Source: Malacoraja senta
Taxonomy: Eukaryota
NCBI GenBank assembly: GCA_038087875.1
Contig: CM075996.1
Location: 8,620,001 to 8,684,000 of the forward strand
Reading direction: 5' to 3'
Length of the DNA stretch: 64,000 bases
The position numbers and the translations under genes are program-made. Each line of letters starts with the position of its first letter. Positions within the stretch are counted from its first letter, which is position 1. This document shows, in pieces, positions 1 to 10,366 of the stretch. The notes beneath the pieces were generated by a model. It made no database searches. It was not told the DNA's origin and was given only the letters and a program-made list of their open reading frames with translations.

Positions 1-365
1 CCAGGAACAGGCTGGGCATGGGAAGTTGGCACCCAGGAACAGGCTGAGCATGGGGAGTTTGGCACCCAGGAACTGGCTGGGCATGGGAGCTTGGCACCCA
101 GGAACAGGCTGGGCATGGGGAGTTGGCACCCAGGAACAGGCTGGGCATGGGAAGTTGGCACCCAGGAACAGGCTGGCATGGGGAGTTTGGCACCCAGAAA
201 CTGGCTGGGCATGGGAGCTTGGCACCCAGGAACAGACTGGGCATGGGAAGTTGGCACCCAGGAACAGGCTGGGCATGGGGAGTTTGGCACCCAGGAACTG
301 GCTGGGCATGGGAGCTTGGCACCCAGGAACTGGCTGGGCATGGGAGCTTGGCACCCAGGAACAGG
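1..365. repeat. G-rich minisatellite, ~11 copies of a 32-33 bp unit (ccaggaacaggctgggcatgggaagttggcac), truncated by the window start
   Basis: ccagg recurs at 1, 33, 66, 98 and onward. The ORFs at 26/91/123 are translations of the repeat. Confidence 0.95.
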
Positions 366-480
366 CTTGCCCGTTTCCTGTACTTCAACAAACTGTAACT
401 TCTGGTGAATTCCGAGGCTGCCCTTCACCCCGAGTCCTTCAGCCCACGCTCCCGGCCCTGCGAGTGTTTGCTGAACTCAC

Positions 481-608
481 CGTTTTCACAGTTGCGGAGT
501 TTTCTCCTCCAGAGCCACCCCGCGGAATTCCAGCTCATCCAGCTGCTGCTCCAGGTTTTCCAGCTGCCCTTGGATACTCTCCTCAGGAATGTACTGGTCT
601 GCGTGCAC
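481..608 (-). CDS. MICALL1: MICALL1 exon (~11), start of coiled-coil/bMERB region; 128 nt with an apparent extra A
   Basis: tttcag|GTG CAC GCA GAC CAG TAC ([36 protein letters not shown]); donor G|gtgagt at 480. Removing one A from the run at 500-503 restores LRNCEN plus a phase-1 end. Confidence 0.9.
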
Positions 609-670
609 CTGAAAGATCACACGTCGATGACCACAGTGGTTGTGAAAAAGATCAGTGAAATTAAACAAGA

Positions 671-1005
671 TCATAAGTGCTTCCAGTAATGGGAGAGGAC
701 TTTTCAGCAGTGGGAGAGTCTAAGACAAAAAGGCACAGTTCCAGAATAAGAGGATGTACCTTTAGGCTGGAGATGAGGAGGAATTTCCTTAGGCAGAATC
801 TGTGGAAATCATTGCCACAAATGGCTGTGGAGCCGTCTTTGGGTATTTTTAAAGCAGGGATTGATAGGATTAGTAAGGGCGTCAAAGGTTATGGGGAGAA
901 GGCAGGAGAATGGGGTAGAGGGGGAAAATTGATAACCCACGACTGAATGGTGGAGTAGACTCGATGGGCCGAATGGTCTAATTCTTCCCCTATGTCTTAT
1001 TGTCT
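671..1005 (+). mobile_element. CR1 LINE 3' fragment
   Basis: Degenerate CR1 ORF2 C-terminus (NLWKSLPQ, GYGEKAG) followed by the CR1 tail. Confidence 0.8.
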
Positions 1006-1239
1006 TAAGTAATTACAATTCCTCATGCTTATTTACCATTTTTACTAATTTCCTTAATATGTTTGCATATTTCTCCCCCCCACTGCCATTCTCTCACTAT
1101 TACCTGAGTTGGGGGCTGTGTTGTATTATTAATCACTTTCCCTTCCTCTGAGCTCTGCCACTTCTCCCCTGTATTCTTTGTAAACGTTCTATTTTTAATT
1201 TTTAATTGTGATTTTTCTTTAACCATGCGCCAATCTTTA

Positions 1240-1674
1240 CTTCTCCGTGGATTGTCACCTTGCCGTGGTGGAGAAGCTTATGTGGACCTGAGATCCTGAG
1301 AGCGATGCCGTCTGGAGCTATCCTCGTGGTAGGCCACCCATGGCGGTAAGGTCGAGGGGGAGGTCTCTGACAAAGAGTAATCCACCTAGACCTCAACGGT
1401 GGAACAGGCGGAGGATGATGGCTGACCTTAGTGGAGCGTCACAACGGCTGTGAAGGCGGATGAAGGCTGCAGCAGAAAAGTGTCTCCGGTCGTCTTGGAC
1501 TCCATGCCACTGGATCCTGACCCAGATCTGTCAAGGACCGTGATGGCTGTCTGTGCACCAGTCTCCCCACGTTAAACAAAGTCACGCACATATAGGGAAT
1601 GTCCTCCATATAGGGAATAGCACCCTGGAGACACCCATGGTCAGCCACGACCGAGGTGGGCCTGAGAAGAAGCT
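1240..1674 (+). mobile_element. Non-autonomous RTE/BovB-like element (5'UTR-derived) with GAA tail and 9-bp TSD
   Basis: TSD ccaatcttt at 1230-1238 and 1675-1683. The segment ggccacccatgg...ctgacaaa resembles RTE/BovB 5' sequence (from memory). Tail gagaagaag. Confidence 0.7.
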
Positions 1675-2210
1675 CCAATCTTTGCTGTGTCTGGATTGTA
1701 TAAACGCATGATTGTCTCTAACTTCTGTTTTATCGCAGACACTGGCACCATTGATGGTTAGACAATTAATTAATATTCAATAGGATTAAACATTATGATC
1801 AACTAGACTAGACTCCTAGTCTGTGTAGGAAGGAACTGCAGATGCAGGTTTAAACCGAAGATAGACACAAAAAGCTGGAGTAACTCAGCGGGACAGGTAG
1901 CACCTCTGGAGAGAAGGAATGGGTGACTTTCGGATCGAGACCCTTCTCTGAAGAAGTCGGAGGAGGATTCACTTCTACTTAGGCAGCACAAGGACCTAGT
2001 GGTACTTCTTCAGAGAAGGGTCTCGACCCGAAACGTCACCCATTCCTCCTCTCCAGAGATGCTGCTGTCCCGCAGAGCTACTCCAGCTGTTTGTGTCTAG
2101 CCATGATTGAATGGCAGAGTAGACTTGATGGGCCGAGTGGCCTAATTCTGGTCCTATCACTTCTGATCTTGGAGGGAAGGCGTGTGCTGGAAGCCCTGAT
2201 TTGTACCCAC

Positions 2211-2345
2211 CTTGCGTTTGATGAGTGGGAACCCGTGACCGGGGGCCGGCGGACGAGCTGGCTTCGGCCCTCTCCGTGGTCTGAGTGGGACCGGACCTCC
2301 GGCCGGAGAGGATTTTCTGTCAAATGGATTTTCTTTGCAAGACGA
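2211..2345 (-). CDS. MICALL1: MICALL1 exon (~10) with second NPF motif
   Basis: tgcag|[54 protein letters not shown]|gtgggt; 135 nt, phase 0-0. Confidence 0.95.
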
Positions 2346-2511
2346 CTGCAAAAAGAACATTTAATTTTCTGATCAAAGGTTGTGCGAATGCGTGGGAGAG
2401 ATACTTCCAACTGCGTTGAACGATCAGCCTCATGATCAGTAACAAAGCTCGCTTATCATGCCTTTCCAATGTCCTGACATATTTGCTAGTTCCAGTCAGC
2501 ACTTGGAAACC

Positions 2512-2925
2512 ATAGACAATAGACAATAGGTACAGGAGTAGGCCATTCGGCCCTTCGGCCATTCAATGTGATCATGACTGATCATGCACAATCAGTACCC
2601 CGTTCCTGCCTTCTCCCCATATCCCCTGACTCCGCTATCTTTAAGAGCTATATCTAGCTCTCTCTTGAAAGCATCCAGAGAACCGTCTTCCACCGCCTTC
2701 TGAGGCAGAGAATTCCAGACTCACAACTCTGTGTGAAAAAGTTTTTCATCATCTCCGTTCTAAATTATTCTTAAACTGTGGCTCCTAGTTCTGGACTCCC
2801 CCAACATCGGGAACATGTTTCCTGCCTCTAGCGTGTCCAAACCCTTAATAATCTTTATGTTTTAATAAGATACCCTTTCATCCTTCTAAACTCCAGAGTA
2901 TACAAGCCCCAGCTGCTCCATTCTG
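2512..2925 (-). mobile_element. CR1 LINE 3' fragment
   Basis: Reverse-complement CR1 ORF2 end plus (ctattgt)n tail. Confidence 0.8.
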
Positions 2926-3326
2926 TCGGCTTGCCTCACAGCTTGGTTTGGGAACAGCTCTGCCCAAGAGCGCAAGAAATTGCAGAGAGTTGTGGATGCA
3001 GCCCAGTCGTCACACAGACCAGCCTCACCACCATTGACTCCATCTACACGTCACGCAGCTTCAGTAAAGCAGGTAACATCATCAAAAGATTTCTCCCACC
3101 CCTATCATTCCTTCGCCAGGCAGAAGACACAGAAGCTTGCAAGCGTACACTTCTAGCCTGGGGAATAGCTTCTTCCCCTCTGTTACCTGGCTCCCGAATG
3201 GTCCATCCATGAGCTAGGATACTGTCTGATTCACCTCTACCCCATTGCAAGACATTGGACTTTGTCTATGGAATTGGCACGCTACAATGCTGAGAACTAT
3301 ATGCTGTACTCTATCTTCTACATAAG

Positions 3327-4498
3327 AGGTCCCACATAAGAGATTAGTATGCAAACGTAAAGCACATGGTATTGGGGGTTCAGTATTGATGCGGATAGAG
3401 AACTGGCTGGCAGACAGGAAGCAAAGAGGAGTAAACGGGTCATTTTCAGAATGACAGGCAGTGACTAGTGGGGTACCGCAAGGCTCAGTGCTGGGACCCC
3501 AGCTATTTACAATATATATTATTGATCTGGATTAGGGATTTGAATGCAACATCTCCAAGTTTGCGGATGACACGAAGCTGGGGGGGGGCAGTGTTAGCTG
3601 TGAGGAGGATGCTAGGAGGCTGCAAGGTGACTTGGATAGGCTGGGTGAGTGGGCAAATGCATGGCAGATGCAGTATAATGTGGATAAATGTGAGGTTATC
3701 CACTTTGGTGGCCAAAACAGGAAAGTAGACTATTATCTGAATGGTGGCCGATTAGGAAAAGGGGAGATGCAACGAGACCTGGGTGTCATGGTACACCAGT
3801 CATTGAAAGTAGGCATGCAGGTGCAGCAGGCAGTGAAGAAAGCGAATGGTATGTTAGCAGTCATAGCAAAAGGATTTGAGTAAAAGAGCAGGGAGGTTCT
3901 ACTGCAGTTGTACAGGGTCTTGGTGAGGCCACACCTGGAGTATTGCGTTCAGTTTTGGTCTCCTAATCTGAGGAAAGACATACTTGCCATAGAGGGAGTA
4001 CAGAGAAGGTTCACCAGACTGATTCCTGGGATGACAGGACTTTCATATGAAGAAAGACTGGATAGACTCGGCTTGTACTCGCTAGAATTTAGAAGATTGA
4101 GGGGGGATCTTATAGAAACTTACAAAATTCTTAAGGGGTTGGACAGGCTAGATGCAGGAAGATTGTTCCCGATGTTGAGGAAGTCCAGAACATGGGGTCA
4201 CAGTTTAAGGATAAGGGGGAAGTCGTTTAGGGACCGAGATGAGAAAACCATTTTTCACACAGAGAGTGGTGAATCTGTGGAATTCTCTGCCACAGAAGGT
4301 AGTTGAGGCCAGTTCATTGGCTATATTTTAAGAGGGAGTTAGATGTGGCCCTTGTGGCTAAAGGGATCAGTGGGTATGGAGAGAAGGCAGGTACAGGTTA
4401 CTGAGTTGGATGATAAGCCATGATCAAATTGAATGGCGGTGCAGGCTCGAAGGGCCGAATGGCCTTCTCCTGCACCTATTTTCTATGTTTCTATGTTT
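3327..4498 (+). mobile_element. 5'-truncated, disrupted CR1 LINE (RT C-terminal half plus tail)
   Basis: ORF pieces WQMQYNVDKCEVIHFG and LVRPHLEYCVQFWSP are nearly identical to the 32877-35681 ORF2. Stop and frameshifts present; tail ttctatgtttctatg. Confidence 0.92.
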
Positions 4499-4815
4499 CA
4501 TCTTAGCAAGAATTTCATTGTCCTATCTGGGACACATGACAATAAACTCTCTATCTTGAATCTCTCTACATCTGGTACTTGAGTTGGGTTGATTGTATTG
4601 ATCTGGTCTGATCAGATAGCATGCAAGACAAAGCTCTTCACCATACCTCGGTGACAATAGTAAACCTAAACCCAAGAAGCCTCTATAGGGAGATCCAACT
4701 TCTTCTGAACATTATATGTCTACAACAAGAATTCTCAATGTCACATATATTTGACCAAGCTGCACATATGAAAGTTGCATACAAAATTAGTACAGGGAAC
4801 AGTGGCCTGTGTCGG

Positions 4816-5020
4816 CCCGTACCCTAGCACTATCCTACACACTAGGGACAATTTACAATTTTTACAGAAGTCAATTATCGTACAAACCAGTACGTCTTTG
4901 GAGTGTGGGGGGAAACTAGAGCACCCCGGAGAAAACCCGCGCAGCCACAAGGAGAACGTACAAACTCCGCACAGACAGCACCCGTAGTCAGGATCGAACC
5001 TGGGTCTCTGGTGCTGTGAG
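4816..5020 (-). mobile_element. tRNA-derived V-domain SINE (partial)
   Basis: Reverse complement of the B-box ggttcgatcct and the ggagtttgtacgttctcc core. Confidence 0.75.
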
Positions 5021-6528
5021 CGTTGAAACGTTGAATCAGAAGGGGCTGAGTTTGGAGGCGGGCACAGGCGGAGTGGAAGATCTTGGATGGTGACAGCAAG
5101 CCATGACTCATACAAATTGACAGCACTGGAAGACTATCATGTCCACGAGGGCTAAAGATCGACGACAGGCTGACCTCACTCCCCAGGATCAGTGCCGAGA
5201 CTGCAAAAACACTGCACTCTGAATTACAAAATCTGCTTCACTAACTGGCAGCAGCCACAGCCAGCAAGCAAGATGGATGAATGTGACCTGGTACTAATTA
5301 AGGTGGAGGCACAGCACTACATAATCTCACAGCTGTGGCGTAAAATAGTAAAGGATGGCCAGGAACACGTTGGAACAGTCAAGCGTGGATGTAGCAAAGG
5401 AATGAGGAGACGTTTCCGAGCTGATGAGCAGAGGCAGTACAGAATGGGGAGATGGTCTGGAAGCACGGACACAAGCGGTCTCAGTGATAATCGCCTGGTT
5501 GGAGTCAGAACTCAGGGTTACTAAACTGAGCTTCCTGCAGTTTACCCAGTGCTTCATCAGGTTACGCCTCTGTAATTTAAACATCCGTCCACTTTGTGGG
5601 AGAGTCTAAGACCAGAGGCCACAGCCTCAGAATAAAAGGATGTACTTTTAGAAAGGAGGAGAATTTCTTTAGTCAGAGGGTGGTGAATCTGTGGAATTCA
5701 TTGCCACAGGCGGCTGTGGAGGCCAAGTCAGTGGATATTTTTAAGGAGATTGACAGATTCTAGATTGAGTACGGGTGTCAGGGTTATGGGGAGAAGGCAG
5801 GAGAATGGGGTTGGGGAAGAAAGATAGATCAGCCATGATTGAATGGCAGAGTAGACTTGATGGGCCAAATGGTCTAATTCTGCTCCTAGAAACTTATGAA
5901 CAATGAACATTGCTTACAATGCCATAATTGATATCACATAACTAGCATGCAGACCAGACTGGAGTGAAAATGGCACCAGAATCTGGCGACTCTTGCATGC
6001 GATCTCTAGTGGACTATTTCTATGGTCTTTGTTCTAATCGGGTATTGAGCTTAGGTATGGCAATACTTTACTGAAATGTATGCCAGAATTTCATCCTAGC
6101 TTTGTACACATGAAGAACCATTGATCAATGCATGACCATGTGGAGGCAGAGACAGGGACTGTACGCCCCGTGTTATTGTACAGGGCTCTCATGTGAAGTG
6201 GGAGCATTCACCAGTTTCCCAAAGGGCCCGCGCGCCGTGTCTGTGGACTGGGAACGCGGCCGGAGGCCTATATCGAGGCGCCGTGGTCTCGATGGATTCC
6301 GGATCGCCGCGTAGAAGCATGGGTCGGGGCCTCGCGGGTCGGATGGAGGAGCCGGGCTTCACGAGTCGGTGGAGCAGCCGACGGAGCCTGCGGCTGGGGC
6401 CCGGGCCAGCACCACGGAGGCGCCAAGTGGGGCGTCGACTGCGGTGAGGCCTCGGCGGCGGCAGTTCAATACTTTTCTCTTCAGCTCCTTATTTTCTATC
6501 TGAGCCATATGTTTTACTACAGACTTTC

Positions 6529-6807
6529 GGGCAACACAGGTGCAGCGGTAGAGCTGCTGCCTCACAGCGCCAGAGATCCGGGTTCGATCCTGACTACGGG
6601 TGCCGTCTGTACGGAGTTTGTACGTTCTCGCCGTGACCTGCGTGGGTTTTCTCCGAGATCTTCGGTTTCCTACCACACTCCAAAAACGTACAGGTTTGTA
6701 GGTTAATTGGCTTGGTATAATTGTAAATTGTCCCTAGCGTGTGTAGGATAATGTTAGTGTGCGGGGATCGCTGGTCAATGCGGACTCGGTGGCCTCTAAA
6801 CGAAACT
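6529..6807 (+). mobile_element. tRNA-derived V-domain SINE (HE1-like)
   Basis: A-box-like gcagcggtagag, B-box ggttcgatcc, core ggagtttgtacgttctc...ggtttcc.cccacactccaaa, tail ctctaaac. Confidence 0.85.
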
Positions 6808-6977
6808 AGTCAAGCCCTCAATCATTTCCATTCCTCTGTCCACGCATTTTCGGTCATCTCTCCAAAAAAACTAAATCAGGCACGATCCCTCCCTTTATAA
6901 ATTCCCTCTGCCTCTCTCAGATAAGCTGAAAATTTTCATTTATTGTATGTTTGGTGACGCACCATCTCTACACCTAC

Positions 6978-7486
6978 CTTTGGCTGGTCAGAGCAGGCAG
7001 CTTTTAATCTGTTCGATTCCGGAGATGGGTGACGTGGGGAAGCAGGAGGTTTAGGGGGAGGTCGGTGATAGCCTAGTGGTGCTGGTCCTTCATTAGATGT
7101 TGTGCTGGACTCTTTGGTTGCTGGACTCCCACTAGCCACCTCTGGGCTTCCACGAGCCACCTCCAGGCTGGTGCCGGTCACTGCTGGCCACTCACTAGCC
7201 GCCTCTGGGATCTCGCCACCCACCGTTGGAGTTTCGCTGGACGTCTCCGGAGTCTTGTCTGCTGGACTTGTGCTGGCCAATTCCGGGCTCCCACTAGCCA
7301 CCGCTGGGCTCTCACTCGTCACCTCTGGACCCTCACCGGTCCCCTCTGGATCCTCACCCTCTGGGCTGTTGCCAGGGCTGTCTTCAAACTTCCTGCGTAG
7401 TTCTGGAGTAGACTTTGCGGAGCTCCCAGGAATGCTTTCCATGCTGAGGGAAGGGGAAGGGGTCGCGGAGAGGACTGAGCGCTGGG
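6978..7486 (-). CDS. MICALL1: MICALL1 exon (~9), Ser/Pro-rich
   Basis: tctctttcag|CC CAG CGC; SATPSPSLSMES matches MICALL1; ends SDQPK|gtaggt; 509 nt, phase 1-0. Confidence 0.9.
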
Positions 7487-9798
7487 CTGAAAGAGATTGA
7501 TAACTCAATTGATAACTCAATTTGCATTGAAAGATCAGGAATGAAATAAATAAATAAAGTTAAATGTTACGTGAAGCGAGGAACTGCAGATGCTGGTGTA
7601 AACCGAAGACAGACACAAAATGCTGGAGTAACTCAGCGGGACAGGCAGCATCTCTGGAGAATTGTTTCGGGTCGAGATCCTTCAAACGTCACCCATTCCT
7701 TCTCTCCAGAGATGCTGCCTGACCCACTGAGTTACTCCAGTTTTTTAGACAATAGACAATAGACAAGATAATAGATAATAGGTGCAGGAGTAGGTCATTC
7801 GGCCCTTCGAGCCAGCACCACCATTCAACGTGATCATGGCTGATCATCCCCAATCAGTACCCCGTTCCTGCCTTCTCCCCATATCCCCTGACTCTGCTAT
7901 TTTTAAGAGCCCTATCTAGCTCTCTCTTGAAAGTATCCAGAGAACTGGCCTCCACCGCCCTCTGAGGCAGAGAATTCCACAGACAAGATGAAATTAGGAG
8001 AGGCATTGACAGGGTGGACAATCAGAACGTTGTTCCCAGGATGAGAATGTCCCAACACTAGAGGGCATAGGTGAGCAGGGAACAGTCTAATGGTGATGTG
8101 CAGGGCAAAGCCGTGGAGTGCATTACTATGGGTGGTGGTGGTAGATATGATAGTGGCTTGTAGATAAGCACATGGAAACGCAAGGAATAGAGGGACATGG
8201 ATCACACGCAGGCAGATGAGATCAGTTTAACTTGGCATCATGTTTGGCTCAAACATTGTGGCCGATGTGCGGTACTGTAGAAATGACTGATGTTCAGGAA
8301 AAGCATCTATTTCATCATAGTCCACTCTGTTTAAGGAGAGACAAACCAGGGCACGATATGTTTTGATTCCATGCTACCAGAATCCATTATGAGGAGCAGT
8401 ACCATGTTGGCACAAGTATGCGCTCGCCAGTGCAAACTGAATGGACGTCTATTGAACCAACATGAAGAGTGTGAAGAGGTCACTGATGTGCATCTCTGGA
8501 AGTTACTGACCCTCACTTCAGTCAAAATAGTTATACCTTAAAAGATTCAAAGAGACTTAGAGGTTTTGCCTGCCAAGCTTTGATTCCAGTTTACTGAGAT
8601 TTATCACCATCCCACTGAATCCCTTCAGTCTCTGACTATTTTTACCGTGGAGTGCCATACATCCTTTTCCAGTTATTCTAAATTTACAACGGCTACTTCC
8701 TCAATGTTCCCCTGATAATTACTCCAGTTGGCCTGGCTTGTTTCCCAAAGAACAACACTGCTACCTCCCCTTTGTTGTGCTAGAAATGCACTGATCAAGA
8801 AGGTTTCTCTGAACAGTCATCAGATATTCTTCTTCTTTGCCACTTATGTGATTGCTAGCCATCTCCAAATAGATATTTGCGTTCCCCCACTATCACTAGC
8901 CTGTGGCTTTTGCATATTACATTAGTTTAGTTTAGTTTAGAGATACCATGCGGAAACAGGCCCTTCGGCCCACCAGCAATCCCCGCACACTAGCACCATC
9001 CTACACACACTAAGGGACAATTTACTATTTTTTACTGAAGCCAATTAACCTACAAACCCGCACGTCTTTGGAGTTTGGGAGGAAACCGAAGCACCCGGAG
9101 AAAACCCACGTGTTCACTGGGAGAATGTACAAACTCCTTACAGACAGCATCTGTCGTCAGGATCGAACCCGGGTCTCTGGCTCTACCTGCTGCGTCATCG
9201 TACCTCTACGTTTTCTCCTCAATCTTGTTCCCAGCGGTTGACAGCCTACAGTATGATCCTATGTGGTTAATTTTGCCTGCAGCAGCCGTATTTTATGTAC
9301 CTCTTGTACATGTATCTTAAACCTTGGGTTTTCTTGTACTCTCAGATTAGTCCTTTCCAAAACACACAGTTTCTCTTCCAATCTTGTCTACGCTTTTTCC
9401 CCCTCCCCTTTCAAAACGGCCCAAATCCCTGCCGAATTAATTTAAAACTCTGCAAAACAGACCAGTGAACTATGGGGATGTGCCGAAAGGAACTGCAGAT
9501 GCTGGTATATACCAAAGATAGACACAAAGTGCTGGAGTAACTCAGCCGGTCAGGCAGCAGCTCTGGAGAAAAATGATATTTTGGGTCTGAAGGGTCCCAA
9601 CCCGAAACATCACCCGTCCTTTTTCTCTACAGATGTGCCTGACCCATTACTCCAGCATTTGTGTCTATCTTCCTGTGAGGATCCACGGATGCAACTCTGT
9701 TGGATTGCAATCTGCCTGAACTGTGGAGTCGCACCTCCGCAAATTCATTCCAAAGCCTCAGGAATGTAAAGGGCTCCCTCTTACATCATATGTTTGTG

Positions 9799-9852
9799 GG
9801 GGTGGGAGGTTGCAACCTTCATGTGGTCCGCCCTGTTTCGACGAATGCAATC
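9799..9852 (+). ncRNA. Putative minimal HDV/CPEB3-like ribozyme at the head of a short retroelement
   Basis: P1 GGGGUGG/CCGCCCU with G.U at position 1; P2 GGUUGCA/UGCAAUC; P3 ACC/GGU; L3 UUCAUGU; J4/2 CGAA. Confidence 0.7.
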
Positions 9853-9930
9853 AACCCGGCGTGCACAATCAAATAAGATCAAATAGAACAAGTTGTCCTA
9901 CAACTTTAGGCTGTAGGACGCAAGAAGAAG
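9799..9930 (+). mobile_element. ~135-nt SINE-like element with (GAA)n tail, copy 1
   Basis: Colinear with 21020-21156; ends aagaagaag. Confidence 0.8.
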
Positions 9931-10144
9931 AGATTTGTTCGTGCACTCCATTGTAGAAAACTGGTTTAGTTTATTCTTCCTCTGTCCGTGACTCTGAAAG
10001 CCACTTTTAATCCATTTAATCTCAACATTACTGGTGAAAGACCCAAAATGTTATTCTAGTCCTCTCTACAGATGTTACCAAACCTGCTGAACATTTCCTA
10101 CTTTTGTTATTTGGGAGCTTCCAATACCTGGAGTATTTAGGAAA

Positions 10145-10366
10145 GTTTAAGAAAGAACTGCAGATGCTGGAGAAATCGAAGGCAGACAACAATGTTGGAG
10201 AAACTCAGCGGGTGAGGCAGCATCTATGGAGCGAAGGAATAGGTGACGTTTCGGGTCGAGACCCTTCTTCAGTCTGAAGAAGGGTCTCGACCCGAAACAT
10301 CACCCATTCCTTCGCTCCATAGGTGCTGCCTCACCCGCTGAGTTTCTCCAACATTTTTGTCTACCC
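10145..10366. mobile_element. Palindromic Penelope pLTR-derived element (representative of a very abundant family)
   Basis: ~92-bp inverted arms centred at 10273 (cttcag-t-ctgaag). The same sequence adjoins GIY-YIG fragments elsewhere in the window. Confidence 0.8.

Noticed and set aside
1..365. CRISPR-like array or repeat-encoded protein (ORFs at 26, 91, 123)
   Set aside because: Contiguous tandem units with no unique spacers, in a eukaryotic intron; the ORFs arise from a stop-free repeat.
7102..7500. + strand 132-aa ORF
   Set aside because: Antisense shadow of the GC-rich MICALL1 exon.
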